Shown here piece after piece: positions 12,796 to 24,935 of a DNA stretch of 64,000 nucleotides. This DNA comes from Octopus vulgaris. Lineage: Eukaryota. The notes under the pieces are model-generated. The model did not search any database, was not told where the DNA came from, and saw only the letters and a list, made by a program, of their open reading frames with translations. Position 1 is the first letter of the stretch. Each line of letters begins with the position of its first letter. The position numbers and the translations under genes are program-made. The stretch covers positions 65,472,001 to 65,536,000 of the forward strand of contig OX597825.1 in the NCBI GenBank assembly GCA_951406725.2, given 5' to 3'.

Positions 12796-12949
12796 TACGA
12801 CGGGCTTCTTTCAGTTTCCATCTACCAAATCTACTCACAAGGCTTTGGTTGACCTGAGGCTATAGTAGAAGACACTTGCCCAAGATGCCACACAGTGGGA
12901 CTGAACCCGGAACCATGTGGTTGGTAAACAAGCTATTTACCACATAGCC
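12526..12949 (-). mobile_element. SINE family A, full length
   Basis: Reverse complement of the consensus; internal (TA)n expanded. Confidence 0.9.
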
Positions 12950-13498
12950 TTTGTCTAATATCATAGATTTTAGAGTGATTAAAACAAAGTCAGAGTATTT
13001 CAATAGAGATGTTATAACAAAGAGGCTAGTGATATAATTCTTCCCTTGGTTTTTAAAGATAATGATATAATTCTTCCTGGGTTTTAAAGAAATTAATAAA
13101 TAGTGGTGCTGCAGCATGGCCACAGCTCTCTGGCTGAACTTGTAAAGAAAATAAAAAAATAACATGCTAAAACCGAAACAGTTCTATTTAGAGATTGAGA
13201 TCACATTTTGTGGTTCACAAATTTGAAGGTAATTTTTATTCTATGAACTGGAGGATAAAACCATCTCCCACAATACTACACCCCACCTTCAGTTGAGGGG
13301 TCTTGCCTTGCAAGTTACTTAGAGACCACACTACTGCCAGTGCCATGTACACAGCACCTAATATATTCTGTGAAGTGGTTAGTGTTAGGAAGAGCATTCA
13401 GCCACAGAAACCCCACCAAAGCAGGTATTGGAGTTTGGTACAGTCCCCTGGCTTGTCAGCTTCATGACAAAGCATTTGACTCATACCACCATGGAAAA

Positions 13499-13806
13499 CA
13501 GTGGAGGCACAATGGCCCAGTGTTAGGACAGCGGACTCGCTGTCAGAGGATCGTGGTTTCGATTCCCAGACCGGGTGTTGTGTGTTTATTGAGCGAAAAC
13601 ACCTAAAAGCTCCACAAGGCTCCAACACGGGGTGGTGGCGACCCCTATTGTACTCTTTCACCACAACTTTCTCCCGCTCTCTCTTCCTGTTTGTTGAGTA
13701 ATGCTGCGATGGACTGGCATCCTGTCCAGCTGAGGGCAACATATATGCCACAGAAACTGGGAAACCGGGCCCACGAGCCTGGCTAGGCTTGAAAAGGGCG
13801 AAGACG
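13499..13806 (+). mobile_element. tRNA-derived SINE family D with 11-bp TSD, nested in an old family C tail
   Basis: GTGGAGGCACAATGGCCCAGTG (A box) and GGTTTCGATTCCC (B box); TSD ACCATGGAAAA at 13488-13498 and 13807-13817. Confidence 0.85.
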
Positions 13807-14306
13807 ACCATGGAAAATGAACATTAGATAATGATGAGGACAATGACGATGACGACCACAATGATGACAACTACCAGTTGGTTCAAGTTTCCATTTATCA
13901 ACTCAAGTCTATAAGTCCCTTTAATTTCATCCTTGATGTAATATATTTAATTTTTTTTTGTTTTACAAATTAATATTGATTACCAATTCAATATATATTT
14001 TAACACTGAATTAGCATTGGATTACTTTCTGAACCAATATATTCCAGAAAGGATATTGTAATATTCTCTAATGATGCTAAATGTAATTTTTATCAGATTT
14101 TAAGCACATCATAATTTCTGTATCCTATCATTAAAAGCAGTCTGTATCCTGATTTCTACCTTCATTAATATTAAATATTCAATCAATGCTTCCTCTGGTC
14201 AATACCTCTATAGCATGTATCCAACAGAGTGGTAATTTTTCTTTATAGAATGAAAAGTATATATTCAGAGCACAAAACACATACATATGCCTGTATGTCT
14301 GTATGT

Positions 14307-14412
14307 TGGCTCGAGGCTATAGTAGAAGATACTTGCCCAAGGTGCCATGCAGTGGGACTGAACCCGGAACCATGTGGTTCATAAGCAAAATACTTACCAC
14401 ACAGCCACTCCT
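14307..14412 (-). mobile_element. SINE family A, 5' fragment
   Basis: Reverse complement of the head. Confidence 0.85.
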
Positions 14413-14639
14413 ACATGTATATATGTAATTTGCAATGAGTTTTAAACATAATACTGAAAAGCCAAACTCAGGACATGTCATTAAAAATGACATCTCTTGA
14501 TTCAATAGTTGTATATATTATTGCATAATATGGCAATATCCATGAAATTGGATTCAGATGAAAAAACTATAAAATGTTGTAATAAAAGGACTTGCTCGTT
14601 CCATTCTTCTTTTTTATCATTCTCTATATATACACATTC

Positions 14640-14875
14640 TTTTATTCCTTTATTCCTCTACTTGTTTCAATCATATGACTGCAGCCATGCTAGAGCACCA
14701 CCTTAAATGGTATTAGTCGAAGAAATTGACCCCAGGAATTATTCTTTGTAAGCCTAGTACTTAACCTACCAGTCTCTTTTGCCAAAGCACTAAGTTATGG
14801 CAACATAAACACACCAACATCAATTGTCAAGCGATGGTGGTGGGGGGACAAACACAGACACAAACATACACATAT
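14640..14875 (-). mobile_element. SINE family A, 3' half
   Basis: Reverse complement of the 3' body and tail. Confidence 0.8.
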
Positions 14876-15222
14876 ATTAAGTCGATTATATCGACCCCAG
14901 TGCATAACTGGTACTCTATTTATTGACCCCAAAGGATGAAAGGCAAAGTCGACCTCAGCAGAATTTGAACGCAAAATGTAATGGCAGATGAAATACCTAT
15001 TTCTTTACTACCCACAAGGGGCTAAACACTGAGAGGACAAACAAGGACAGATAAACGGATTAAGTCGATTATATCGACCCCAGTGCATAACTGGTACTTT
15101 ATTTATCGTCCCTGAAAGGCAAAGTCGACCTCAGCGGAATTTGAACTCAGAATCTAATGGCAGACGAAATACCACTAAGCATTTCGTCCAGCATACTAAT
15201 GTTTCTGCCAGCTCACTGCCTT
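14876..15222 (-). mobile_element. SINE family B with tandemly repeated core
   Basis: TTAAGTCGATTATATCGACCCCAGTGCATAACTGGTAC...AAAGGCAAAGTCGACCTCAGC.GAATTTGAAC occurs twice (~14876 and ~15059). Confidence 0.85.
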
Positions 15223-16023
15223 CCAGTTTCAGTTACAATTTCTAGCAGAACAGTCAACCAAGAAGAGTATTTTTCATTGGTTCATTTCTGAAAGAGATTA
15301 TAAAGAAACCATTGGTTAAATACTGTCAAGTATTTACTTTCATCCCTTTAATATTTAATTTCATACCCAATTAGGGTTTGACATTGGGTTGATTACTTAA
15401 ACAAACATCAATCATAAACAAGATTTGATTCTACTGTCTATACTCATCCTTTCTGACAAATACGTGATTTTGTGTGAACTTTAGGAATCATGGTCATTAT
15501 ACATTTAATTCTAATTTTAATAATAATAATAATAATATTTTCTTGAATAAATAAATCAATATTAATTTGGCCAGCAACTTTAGTAGTCACAAAAGAAAGC
15601 GGATACCAACACACAATGCCCTCGTGCATATGCATCATCAAAACACAGAACGGTTTTGGTTGTTAAAGAAAAATTATCTTCCAATCTTTAATGAAAAAAA
15701 AAACACAAAAATGCAAACACACAAATGTAAAAAAAAAAAAATTTTAAAAAAGAACAAAGAAAATTTCTGAAGGAATACCAAATACCAAAATGAAATGGGC
15801 GGTGAGAGAAAACAGATTTCATCAAAATGACAAAAGATCTAAGAATATGGAAAGTGACAATGCTTTACTCAAAGAAAAACAATCAATAGACTTCAAACCC
15901 AGATATTTGCAGCCATGTATCTTCAATAAACAAGAGTGATGACAAGTTCCAGGAAGGCGTATTTTTGGTCAAAAGAAATAAATCAAGGAGAATATAACAC
16001 TACACAGTTTACAGTTAAAGGAA

Positions 16024-16059
<36 letters not shown>

Positions 16060-16061
<2 letters not shown>

Positions 16062-16196
16062 CTTAGCAGTTCGGCAAAAGAGACCAATAGAATAAGTACT
16101 AGGCTTACAAAGAATAAGTCGTGGGGTTGATTTACTTGACTAAAGGCAGTGCTCCAGCATGGCCACAATCACATACCTGAAACAAGTAAAAGAGTA
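16060..16196 (+). mobile_element. SINE family A, 3' end
   Basis: Matches the consensus tail. Confidence 0.8.
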
Positions 16197-16311
16197 ATAT
16201 ATATATATATATATATAAGATACATATATAGGGTGGTGAATATTCGTTATAAATATCACCACTTTTTAACTGGGTAGTTTTCTTTTGTGTTTAAATGTAC
16301 ACTATTTTAAA

Positions 16312-16351
<40 letters not shown>

Positions 16352-16355
<4 letters not shown>

Positions 16356-16618
16356 ATAAATATTAGGGAATGAATCCAAAATTACAGGGAAAAATCAGAT
16401 TTAGGGTTAAATCCAATTTATAGTAAAATATTATATAATATAATTCGAGACAAAACCACTATTTTAAAACCAAACAAGGAAAGACTTAATCAATACATAA
16501 AATTTTAATATAAATTAAATATATATTAAATTAAATTTATATTAAAATTTTATGTATTGATTAAGTCTTTCCTTGTTTGGTTTTAAAATAGTGGTTTTGT
16601 CTCGAATTATATTATATA
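16352..16618. mobile_element. Penelope-type terminal fragment with ~85-bp inverted repeat
   Basis: Arms 16432-16516 and 16534-16618; related sequence at 43670-43845 (inverted) and 10508-10545; in (TA)n. Confidence 0.6.
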
Positions 16619-16634
16619 TATATATATATATATA

Positions 16635-16846
16635 CTTTATTTAAAAGCAGCAGAAAATTCAACAAAACCTGTTACTCTGAGTTTCACGTTCCCGTTCGTC
16701 GGACAGTTTTTGCTAGAACGGGAACGTGAAACTCAGAGTAACAGGTTTTGTTGAATTTTCTGCTGCTTTTAAATAAAGCATATTACTCTACCCCTGGTAT
16801 TTGAGTACTCTTCTTCCACCTTGTTTCACATTTATGTGTTTACTCC

Positions 16847-16848
<2 letters not shown>
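16635..16848. mobile_element. Penelope-type terminal fragment with 63-bp inverted repeat
   Basis: Arms 16635-16697 and 16716-16778 are exact reverse complements; the right arm extends to ~16848; flanked by (TA)n. Confidence 0.7.
16669..16706 (-). ncRNA. Minimal type I hammerhead ribozyme-like motif
   Basis: CTGT-CCGACGA-ACG ggaa CGT-GAA-ACTC a GAGT-A-ACAG: stem I CTGT/ACAG, core with U4 replaced by C, GNRA-capped stem II, near-palindromic stem III, GUA cleavage triplet. Confidence 0.65.
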
Positions 16849-16890
<42 letters not shown>

Positions 16891-17299
16891 TATTTCTCTG
16901 CACACATATATACATGCACACATGCACAGACACAAAGGCACTTGTAAATACACTCTCTCTCACATACACACACACAGAATCAAATTTATAAGTATATAAC
17001 CACACAACTTACATATGTGAATATAAGATTATCCGAACATCTCGTTTCTTGTGTTTAATTACTTGCTCTTTATTATACTATTGTTTATTATATAAAAGTT
17101 TGCTTTCTTGTGGTCAGCTTGACCTAGACTGCTACTGTAAGTCATCTGTTTATGCTGTCAATTCTCTGGGCTCATCAAAGATATTGCTGAGGTCAAATCA
17201 GAGAGGAAGTGCCATCAAGACTGCTAACACATCACAACAGCTGCTCTGAGATCATTTCCTCTCTAGGGGACAGAAAGATCCCTTGGAAAATAAAGTGTA

Positions 17300-18207
17300 T
17301 GAAAAAATATAAGTAAATAAGAAAAAAAATTGAGTGATGTGAGTGAGAAAGGGAGGAGAGGGAGTGAACAGAAAGAAGAGAGAAACATGGAGAGAGAGAG
17401 AGAGAGAGAGAAGGAGTGAGAGAGATGCCTGTTGGAAATGTTGAATAGGTAGAAGTGTGTGTACAGATGAAGAAAGAAAGGGGGAATGAAAGGAAAGAAG
17501 AAAGAAAATAAACAACATAAAGGAAGAATGAGAAGGGGAAAGAAAGTAGGGATAGAATGAAAGAGAATGAAAGAAAGAAAGAAAGAAAGAAAGGCAGAAA
17601 GAAAGAAAGAAAGGCAGAAAGAAAGAAAGAAAGGCAGAAAGAAAGAGCGGATGAAAGGAAAGGAGAGAAAAGAAGGAAGAAAGGAAATAAAACAAAATAA
17701 AGGAAAAAATTAGAGGGGGAAGGAAAGTAGGGATAAAAGGAAAGAAAAAGAAAGAAAGAAAGGCAGAAAGAAAGAGAGAAAGAAAGGCAGAAAAAAAGAC
17801 AGAAAGTAAGAGCGAATGAAAGGAAAGGAGAGTAAGGAAGGAGGAAACAAAATCAACAAAATAATGGAAGAATGAGAGAGGGAAAGAATGATGAAAGGGG
17901 GGAAGAAAGTAGGGATAGAAGGAAAGAGAAAGAAAGAAAGAACAGAAAGAAAGGAAGAAAGAAAGAAAGAACAGAAAGAAAGGAAGAAAGAAAGAAAGAA
18001 CAAAAAGAAAGGAAGGAAGAAAGAAAGAAAGAAAGAAAGATGGAGAGAAATGAAGAAAATATGAAAGAAAGACAGAAAGAAAGAATGAACAAATGAAAGA
18101 AAGAAAGAAAGAAAGTAGAAATGAAATGGAAATAGAGAGCAACGAAATAGACTTGGATGTTGTACATTCCTCAGGGGAGAGGGACAGAGAGAGAGACACA
18201 GAGTGAG

Positions 18208-18250
<43 letters not shown>

Positions 18251-18255
18251 GAGAG
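17300..18255. repeat. ~950-bp polypurine low-complexity tract, (GAAA)n/(GA)n with higher-order repeats
   Basis: Mostly A/G on the plus strand; GAAAGTAGGGATA recurs near 17541, 17723 and 17905. Confidence 0.9.
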
Positions 18256-18344
18256 GAACTGTGTCTAGGGAAAATACCTTGTAAGTTTTTAACAAGTCAT
18301 ACTAGCCAGAATTGTTAATATTCAAGAAGTGAATGTAATAGATT

Positions 18345-18377
<33 letters not shown>

Positions 18378-19084
18378 AAATAGTTAAAAGGTCTCTTCGA
18401 CAAAAGAACATAGTGATAAGGGTGCTGTTGTAACTTTGAGCCTAAAGAGGTTTGCTTTCCAGCCTCATGCCTTGGGCTCAATCACACTACATGGTATTCC
18501 AATAAAGAGTTATCTACTATGGCCCCTGGCCAACGAAAGCCTTACACAGAAACTGAATGAAGTCTGTTGCTTACATAAACAGACATCTCAAAAGTAAATA
18601 GACGCCTTTCTTTATACTGTTTTATCTGGGCAGACACTACTAATTAGTCGGATATGGGGTTATGCACCATCGCAATGCATCACGGCATCCACCATTTGTC
18701 AGTATCGGCGCTGGTAGAACCATGCAACTCTTGGAGCAGTGACCCAATCAGTGCCTCCGTCTCTGCAAGGTGTATGGCTTAGTGGTTTGGGCAGCATTTC
18801 TCAACCAGGGTTTCCCAGAATCCTAAGGTTCCGCAAAAGGTTTCTAGGGATTCCATGAGAAAGAGTGAGATAAGCTAATGCTAATTTCATGATTGTGATA
18901 TTACTATACATGCACAACATATTATTGGTTATTGTAATATAGACAACATCGTATCTAACTCATTATGTAATCAAAAAATATAACAGATATATGATATTTA
19001 CCACATGAACTACAATGAAATAAATATAAGAAAGATATGGTGCATAATTTTTTTCTTTTTTTGTGTGCGATGTAATGGACTTAG

Positions 19085-19240
19085 TCCTTTTTAACCCCTT
19101 GTGAGTAGTAAAGAAATAGGTATTTCGTTTGTCTTTATATTCTGAGTTCAAATTCCGCCTAGTTGTATACTGGGGTCGATCTAATCGACTGGCCCCCTAC
19201 CCCAAAATTTCAGGCCTTGTGCCTAGAGTAGAAAAGAATA
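19085..19240 (+). mobile_element. SINE family B fragment
   Basis: GTAAAGAAATAGGTATTTCG..TTCTGAGTTCAAATTCCG..CTGGGGTCGATCTAATCGAC..CCTTGTGCCTAGAGTAGAAAAGAAT. Confidence 0.7.
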
Positions 19241-19374
19241 CCTGATATCAGCACAAGGCATGTCTACAAAGTATTTAAATGCATCAATTGCAATTCACAT
19301 TATTTCGTTTCTGGGCATAAATCTTTCAAATATAAATGTGTTTATTTTCTTTTGAAAAATTGCAGTTCTGATAC

Positions 19375-19748
19375 CTGTGCTGGTGGCATGTAAAAAGCAC
19401 CATCCAAATGGGCCGATGCCAGCGACGCCTTGACTGGCTTCCGTGCCGGTGACACATAAAAAGCACCAGCCGATCATGGCCGTTGTCAGCTTCCTCTGGC
19501 ACCTGTGCTGGTGGTATATAAAAAGTACCAACTATACTCATGGAGTGGTTGGCATTAGGAAGGGCATCCAGCTGTAGAAATACTGCTAGATCAGAATGGA
19601 GCCTGGTGCAGCCTCCTGGCTTCCCAAACCCCAGTCGAACCGTCCAACCCATGCTAGCATGGAAAACGAACGTTAAACGATGATGATGATGATGATGATG
19701 ATGAGGATGATGATGAGGAGGAGGAGGATGATGATGATGAGGAGGAGG
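19375..19748 (+). mobile_element. Interspersed repeat family C with expanded (GAT/GAG)n tail
   Basis: Matches 2842-3166. Confidence 0.85.
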
Positions 19749-19948
19749 TCTGAGTCTCTCTGTGCGTGTGTATTACTGGCTCCTTGTAAACGACTATCAC
19801 TATTTTATAGGTAGCATCCTTCAGTTTCAATCTGCCATGTAAACATGTCTGACCCTGACAAAATATTACCTTGCTTAGACACATGCGAGTGTTGGTGACA
19901 GAGAAGGCATCTAGAACATGAAGAAAAAGAGAAAGAGAAGATGAAGCA

Positions 19949-19979
<31 letters not shown>

Positions 19980-20539
19980 TTGTGTCAGTGGGCAATTGCA
20001 ACAAAACTTTTTAACACTTCATAATAGATAATATCATTAATATACAAGAAGTGACTGAAAGAGTTTGTTTTTTTTATTTTTACTTTTGTGAGCATGTATG
20101 TAGGAGTTCTTATATAGCTAAGATGTCTTCTACAGTGTAAAGGAAATAAAATGGAAATAAAGGGAAAGAGACAAAAAGGAAGAGAGAAAGACAGAAAGTG
20201 AAACTGAAGAAAATGACAAGATATGGAAAGATATAAAGTATGGATGAATAGATAAAACAAAAAAGTTAGATTGAAAGAAAGTATGGGAGGAAGAGAAAGA
20301 AAGAAAGACAGAAAGACAGAAAGAAAGAAGAACAGTAAGGGAGCTGGTTGTAAATCTGCCACAATAGTCAGATAAATGGAAGAGTATTCCGGATTCTATC
20401 CAACATTCCAAGTATTTTAGACTCTACAGCTCCTGTCCATTGCCAAAACCAATATCTTTGCTAGATTGTCTTATCATTGTTTTGTTTTTTTATTCTGAAC
20501 CATATTATTTATGTTATTTTATGTATGTTTGTGTGCCTG

Positions 20540-20629
20540 CATATGTGTGAATACATACATACATACACACACACACACATATATATAAAGATAGATAGAC
20601 ATATCGATACATATATATATATATGTATA

Positions 20630-20712
<83 letters not shown>

Positions 20713-20832
20713 GTATATATATATGTATATATATATGTATATATATATGTATATATATATGTATATATATATGTATATATATATGTATATATATGTATAT
20801 ATATATGTATATATATATATATATTATATATG

Positions 20833-20917
<85 letters not shown>

Positions 20918-20934
20918 GTATATATGTATATATG

Positions 20935-20967
<33 letters not shown>

Positions 20968-21402
20968 ATATAATGTGTGTGTGTGTATGTGGACACAAGT
21001 ATGTGTGTGAGTTTGTGTCTGTTTCTGTGTGATTTTATAGGAGTTTTTTTTTCTGGTTCTTACTTACCAGTGTCTTATTTGTTGCTGTTGTTGTTGTTGT
21101 TGCTTTACTTTTTTTCCAATTGTTGTTGTTGTATTTCTTTGAAATGGTAATGTTGGTTCTCAATTGGATACTGACAGAGCAAAAGAAAAACAACACCGAC
21201 AACACTTCCTTTGCTAATGTCATACAATCTTATTCTTTTTATATTTTTATCTTCTTTTTCTGTCACTTTCCTCTTGAAAGAAAGAATCATATATTTGCAT
21301 ACTCTTATATATATATGTGTGTGTGTGTGTGTGTATATGTATATATATACATATATATACGTATGCCTATATATATACATATATTTGCATATATATATAT
21401 AC

Positions 21403-21448
<46 letters not shown>

Positions 21449-21609
21449 GGTGGTGCCCCAGCATGGCCACAGCTCGTGAGCTGAAACTAGATAAAATAAT
21501 ATATATATATATATATATATCTGTATATATATACACATATTTATATATATATTTGTATATATATATACATATATTTATATATATATTTATATACGTATAT
21601 ATATGTATA

Positions 21610-21645
<36 letters not shown>

Positions 21646-21790
21646 TATATACACACACACACACTTATACATAGAAGCACACAGGCAGACATAGAGACAT
21701 GCAAATCTACATGCACACACAAGCATATGCAAAGACATGTATATATATACATGCCTATGTGCACACATACATATTCAAATATATGCATAT
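20540..21790. repeat. Compound (TA)n/(TATATATATG)n/(CA)n microsatellite region
   Basis: Directly visible; interrupted by unique sequence at ~21030-21290. Confidence 0.9.
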
Positions 21791-22724
21791 ACATACATAT
21801 ACAAAGATATATTAATGAGAGCCCTGTATTCCCAGAGCAATAAGATGAATCTAGAAAACAAGTCACAGAATATGTAGTTTGTATGTTTGTCAGTACCACT
21901 GTGCCACGCCCGTAATAGAGATATTCAATCGTCAGAGGGGCACCGCCTCGAAGACCCTTTAGTTGAATGTATTGACACCAGTACTTCTGTTTTTTTAAAG
22001 CATGGTACTTATTCCCCCAACTTCTTTTGCCAAACTGCTAAGTTGCAGGGATGTGAACACACCAACACCAGTTATCAAGTAGTAGGTAACAAACACAGAC
22101 AGAAAGACAGATATACACATGGACGTATATATATACATATATATAAAATCGATATGGACAGCAGTGTATAATGTGTTACCAAAAGAGAAAACTACAATTG
22201 TCATTAAACATGAAGTCAAGTTCTCTTGCAATCTTGAGTTACGATAGAGACACAAATAATAAGGACCAAGTAGAAATTATTCCGGTCATTGTTTTCATTG
22301 ACGATGTCATCATCTTAACATCTCTTTTCCATACTTACAGGAGTCGGACCAAATTTGTTGAGGCAGATTAGGCCATATGCCCTTCCTTTCACTAAACCTC
22401 ACTCGTTTCCAAGTTAGGTTATATTTCTCTATAGCTGGACATGTTTTCATGGAAAACTGGAAACAAAAGACACCGCATGTATGATAGTGACACTTGTTTA
22501 CAACAATAATGCAATGTCAAGACAAAGAAACCCCATCTCACATATCCAAAACATCAAACGCCTACATATACACTGAGCTTCTTTCAGTTTCCAGCTCCCA
22601 AAAATACTCTCAAGGCTTGATTGGCAGTAGTAGAGGATTCTTGCCCAAAGTGCCACACACTGGGACTAAACCCACAACCAGGTGGTTGGGAAGCAGGCTT
22701 CTTATCTGCACATTCACACCACCG

Positions 22725-22915
22725 TGGAATATTGTGATACTAAGGAAAGGGAGTGAATTAAGGGATTATTGTGACATTAACATAACAATTTTCTTTTGAC
22801 GAAGATGTTAATTGAATGTTATGACATTGATGAATGAGGAAATATTAGTGAGATATTGTGATGTTGATTAATGAGAATGTTTTAGTAGAATATTGTGATA
22901 CTAAGGAAAAAGGTA
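22725..22915. repeat. Degenerate minisatellite (~30-35-bp unit)
   Basis: TATTGTGATA/TTATGACATT/TATTGTGATG motifs recur; GAATATTGTGATACTAAGGAAA occurs at ~22727 and ~22888. Confidence 0.6.
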
Positions 22916-23273
22916 GCAGTAATATAGTGCATCTTCAAAAAGGGAATGATTTACTAAAACATAGGTTTCAAATTTCGGCACAAGGTCAGAAGTTTCAAAG
23001 AAGGGGTTGAAAGTTGATTACATTGACCCAAGTGATCATCTGGTACTTATCTTATCAACTTCAAAAGGATAAATGGCAAAGTCAACCTTAGTATTCTAAC
23101 ACCCTAATCACTAAATATAGTGACAATTATATATATATATATACAAATTCAGTGTGTGTTGCATTCCATTACTTGATAAATAAAAAATATATAAACAAAC
23201 GATGTAACATATACCAAATGTACGTTTTTACATTCAGTATACATTACATCATTTGTTTATACATTTTTTCATT

Positions 23274-23321
<48 letters not shown>

Positions 23322-23584
23322 AGCATTTCTAGATTTATAGGAAATATTATGTTGACAAGGAAATGAACTTTCGATTCTAATCCAGAAACAAATTCGTCCA
23401 TAATTAATCCAATAGGCTGGGATTTCGTTGTCTTCTTTCTCTTTACAATATACGGGTTACAAATTCTGTTTGTTTGTGGAGACTTTTTTACTAGTAGTAG
23501 AAATAGTGACCTATTTGGCTGCTATTTCTAATATTTTTGGTATGTGGTTTTGAGCAACTTGTTACAATTAACCCTTTATTATAA

Positions 23585-23614
<30 letters not shown>

Positions 23615-23618
<4 letters not shown>

Positions 23619-23780
23619 AGAATTTTTTGCGTAATAAGATAAAAAACTAAGGCTGTGTAGATATCAGAGCATTTATAGATAGAAGGTCTTACAGCTGTTT
23701 CTAGGATATTTATTAATTATATCCCTTCATCGGAGATGGTGTGAGAGGATGGTTAAATCATAGTTAGTTTAGATGTGTTA
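23615..23780 (-). mobile_element. Penelope-type terminal fragment with hammerhead-like motif (23687-23736)
   Basis: Minus strand TCT-CCGATGA-a-GGGATAT aattaataa ATATCCT-a-GAAAC AGCT GTA-AGA; same family as 6690-6990. Confidence 0.65.
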
Positions 23781-24514
23781 CAAAATATATATATATGTAT
23801 GTGTGTGTATGTATGTATGTATGGAACATAAAAACAGACAAATGCCACTAAGCATTTTGCATGCTAACAATTCGGCCAGCTTGCTGCCCTATGATTTACA
23901 GAAATATAAAGAATCTAAGGAAAATGAGTGTGTTGGTGGAATATTGAGACATCAGAGAAAGACGGTATTACTTATTTGATAACCAGTTGATCTAGCAAGC
24001 GGGGCCTCATATCAGTGAGGGGTGTTGGTGCACATTGATACCATCAAGAGATAGGCCCTGAAATGGCATGCATTCTCTCCTGATGACCCCATACACTTTC
24101 TGGCTTCCGGTATGTGGAGCTTTCAACTAGTAGCACTTGCATGTGCAAGGTGTTTGCAAAACACATATCTGTATTTCTTTGAATATAGTGTAACTCTAAC
24201 AACAAACATTTTCTAATGAGTCCCAACCAACAAAATGGAATGACTTTAGAGAGATCTGGCAACCAAAGATACCCTTCATCAGGATCTGATCAGGTAACTT
24301 GCATGGACCAAAGCTATGCTTCCCTGCCAGATTTTCCAGCTGGGTTTGAATGAAGGGGTTTGAATGTTTGGCTTGGTTTTTAAGTCACATTGGTTTTTCA
24401 CTAGCTGAATTTATTCATCTGCAAATGCCATGACTACAGATGAGAGCAATTACTTGCTGAATGAACTGGTTGATCCTGGCTGTCGACAGTTTCTTGTCTA
24501 TTCATCTCTTTACT

Positions 24515-24732
24515 TTTCTCTTTTACTTGTTTCAGTCATTTGACTGTGGCCATGCTGGAGCATTGCCTTTAATCAAGCAGATTGACCCCAGGACCTATTC
24601 ATTGTAAGCCTAGTACTTATTCTATCGGTCTCTTTTGCCGAACTGCTAAGTTACAGGGACGTAAACACACCAGCATCGGTTGTCAAGCGATGTTGTTGAG
24701 ACAAACGCAGACAAACAAATATATACACACAC

Positions 24733-24775
<43 letters not shown>

Positions 24776-24935
24776 TATATACGACGGGCTTCTTTCAGTT
24801 TCTGTCTACCAAATCCACTCACATGGCTTTGGTCGGCCTGAGGTTATAGTAGAAGACACTTGCCCAAGGTGCCATGCAGTGGGACTGAACCCAGAACCAT
24901 GTGGTTGGTAAGCAAGCTACTTACCGCACAGCCAC
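24515..24935 (-). mobile_element. SINE family A, full length
   Basis: Reverse complement of the consensus. Confidence 0.9.

Noticed and set aside
13501-13575. tRNA-like sequences as tRNA genes (also 38014-38085, 38386-38450, 43195-43270)
   Set aside because: Imperfect cloverleaves, continuous with SINE bodies and bracketed by TSDs
17252-18295. 347-aa minus-strand ORF
   Set aside because: F/L/S-rich translation of a polypyrimidine tract that lacks stops by composition
20477-21843. Many overlapping YI/CV/HT-rich ORFs here and throughout the window
   Set aside because: Translations of (TA)n, (TG)n and (TATG)n microsatellites
22725-22915. CRISPR-like array
   Set aside because: Degenerate eukaryotic minisatellite without constant repeats, unique spacers or cas genes
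24108-24165. CTGATGA followed by a CCATAC/GTATGTGG stem as a hammerhead
   Set aside because: No GAAA or stem III after the hairpin
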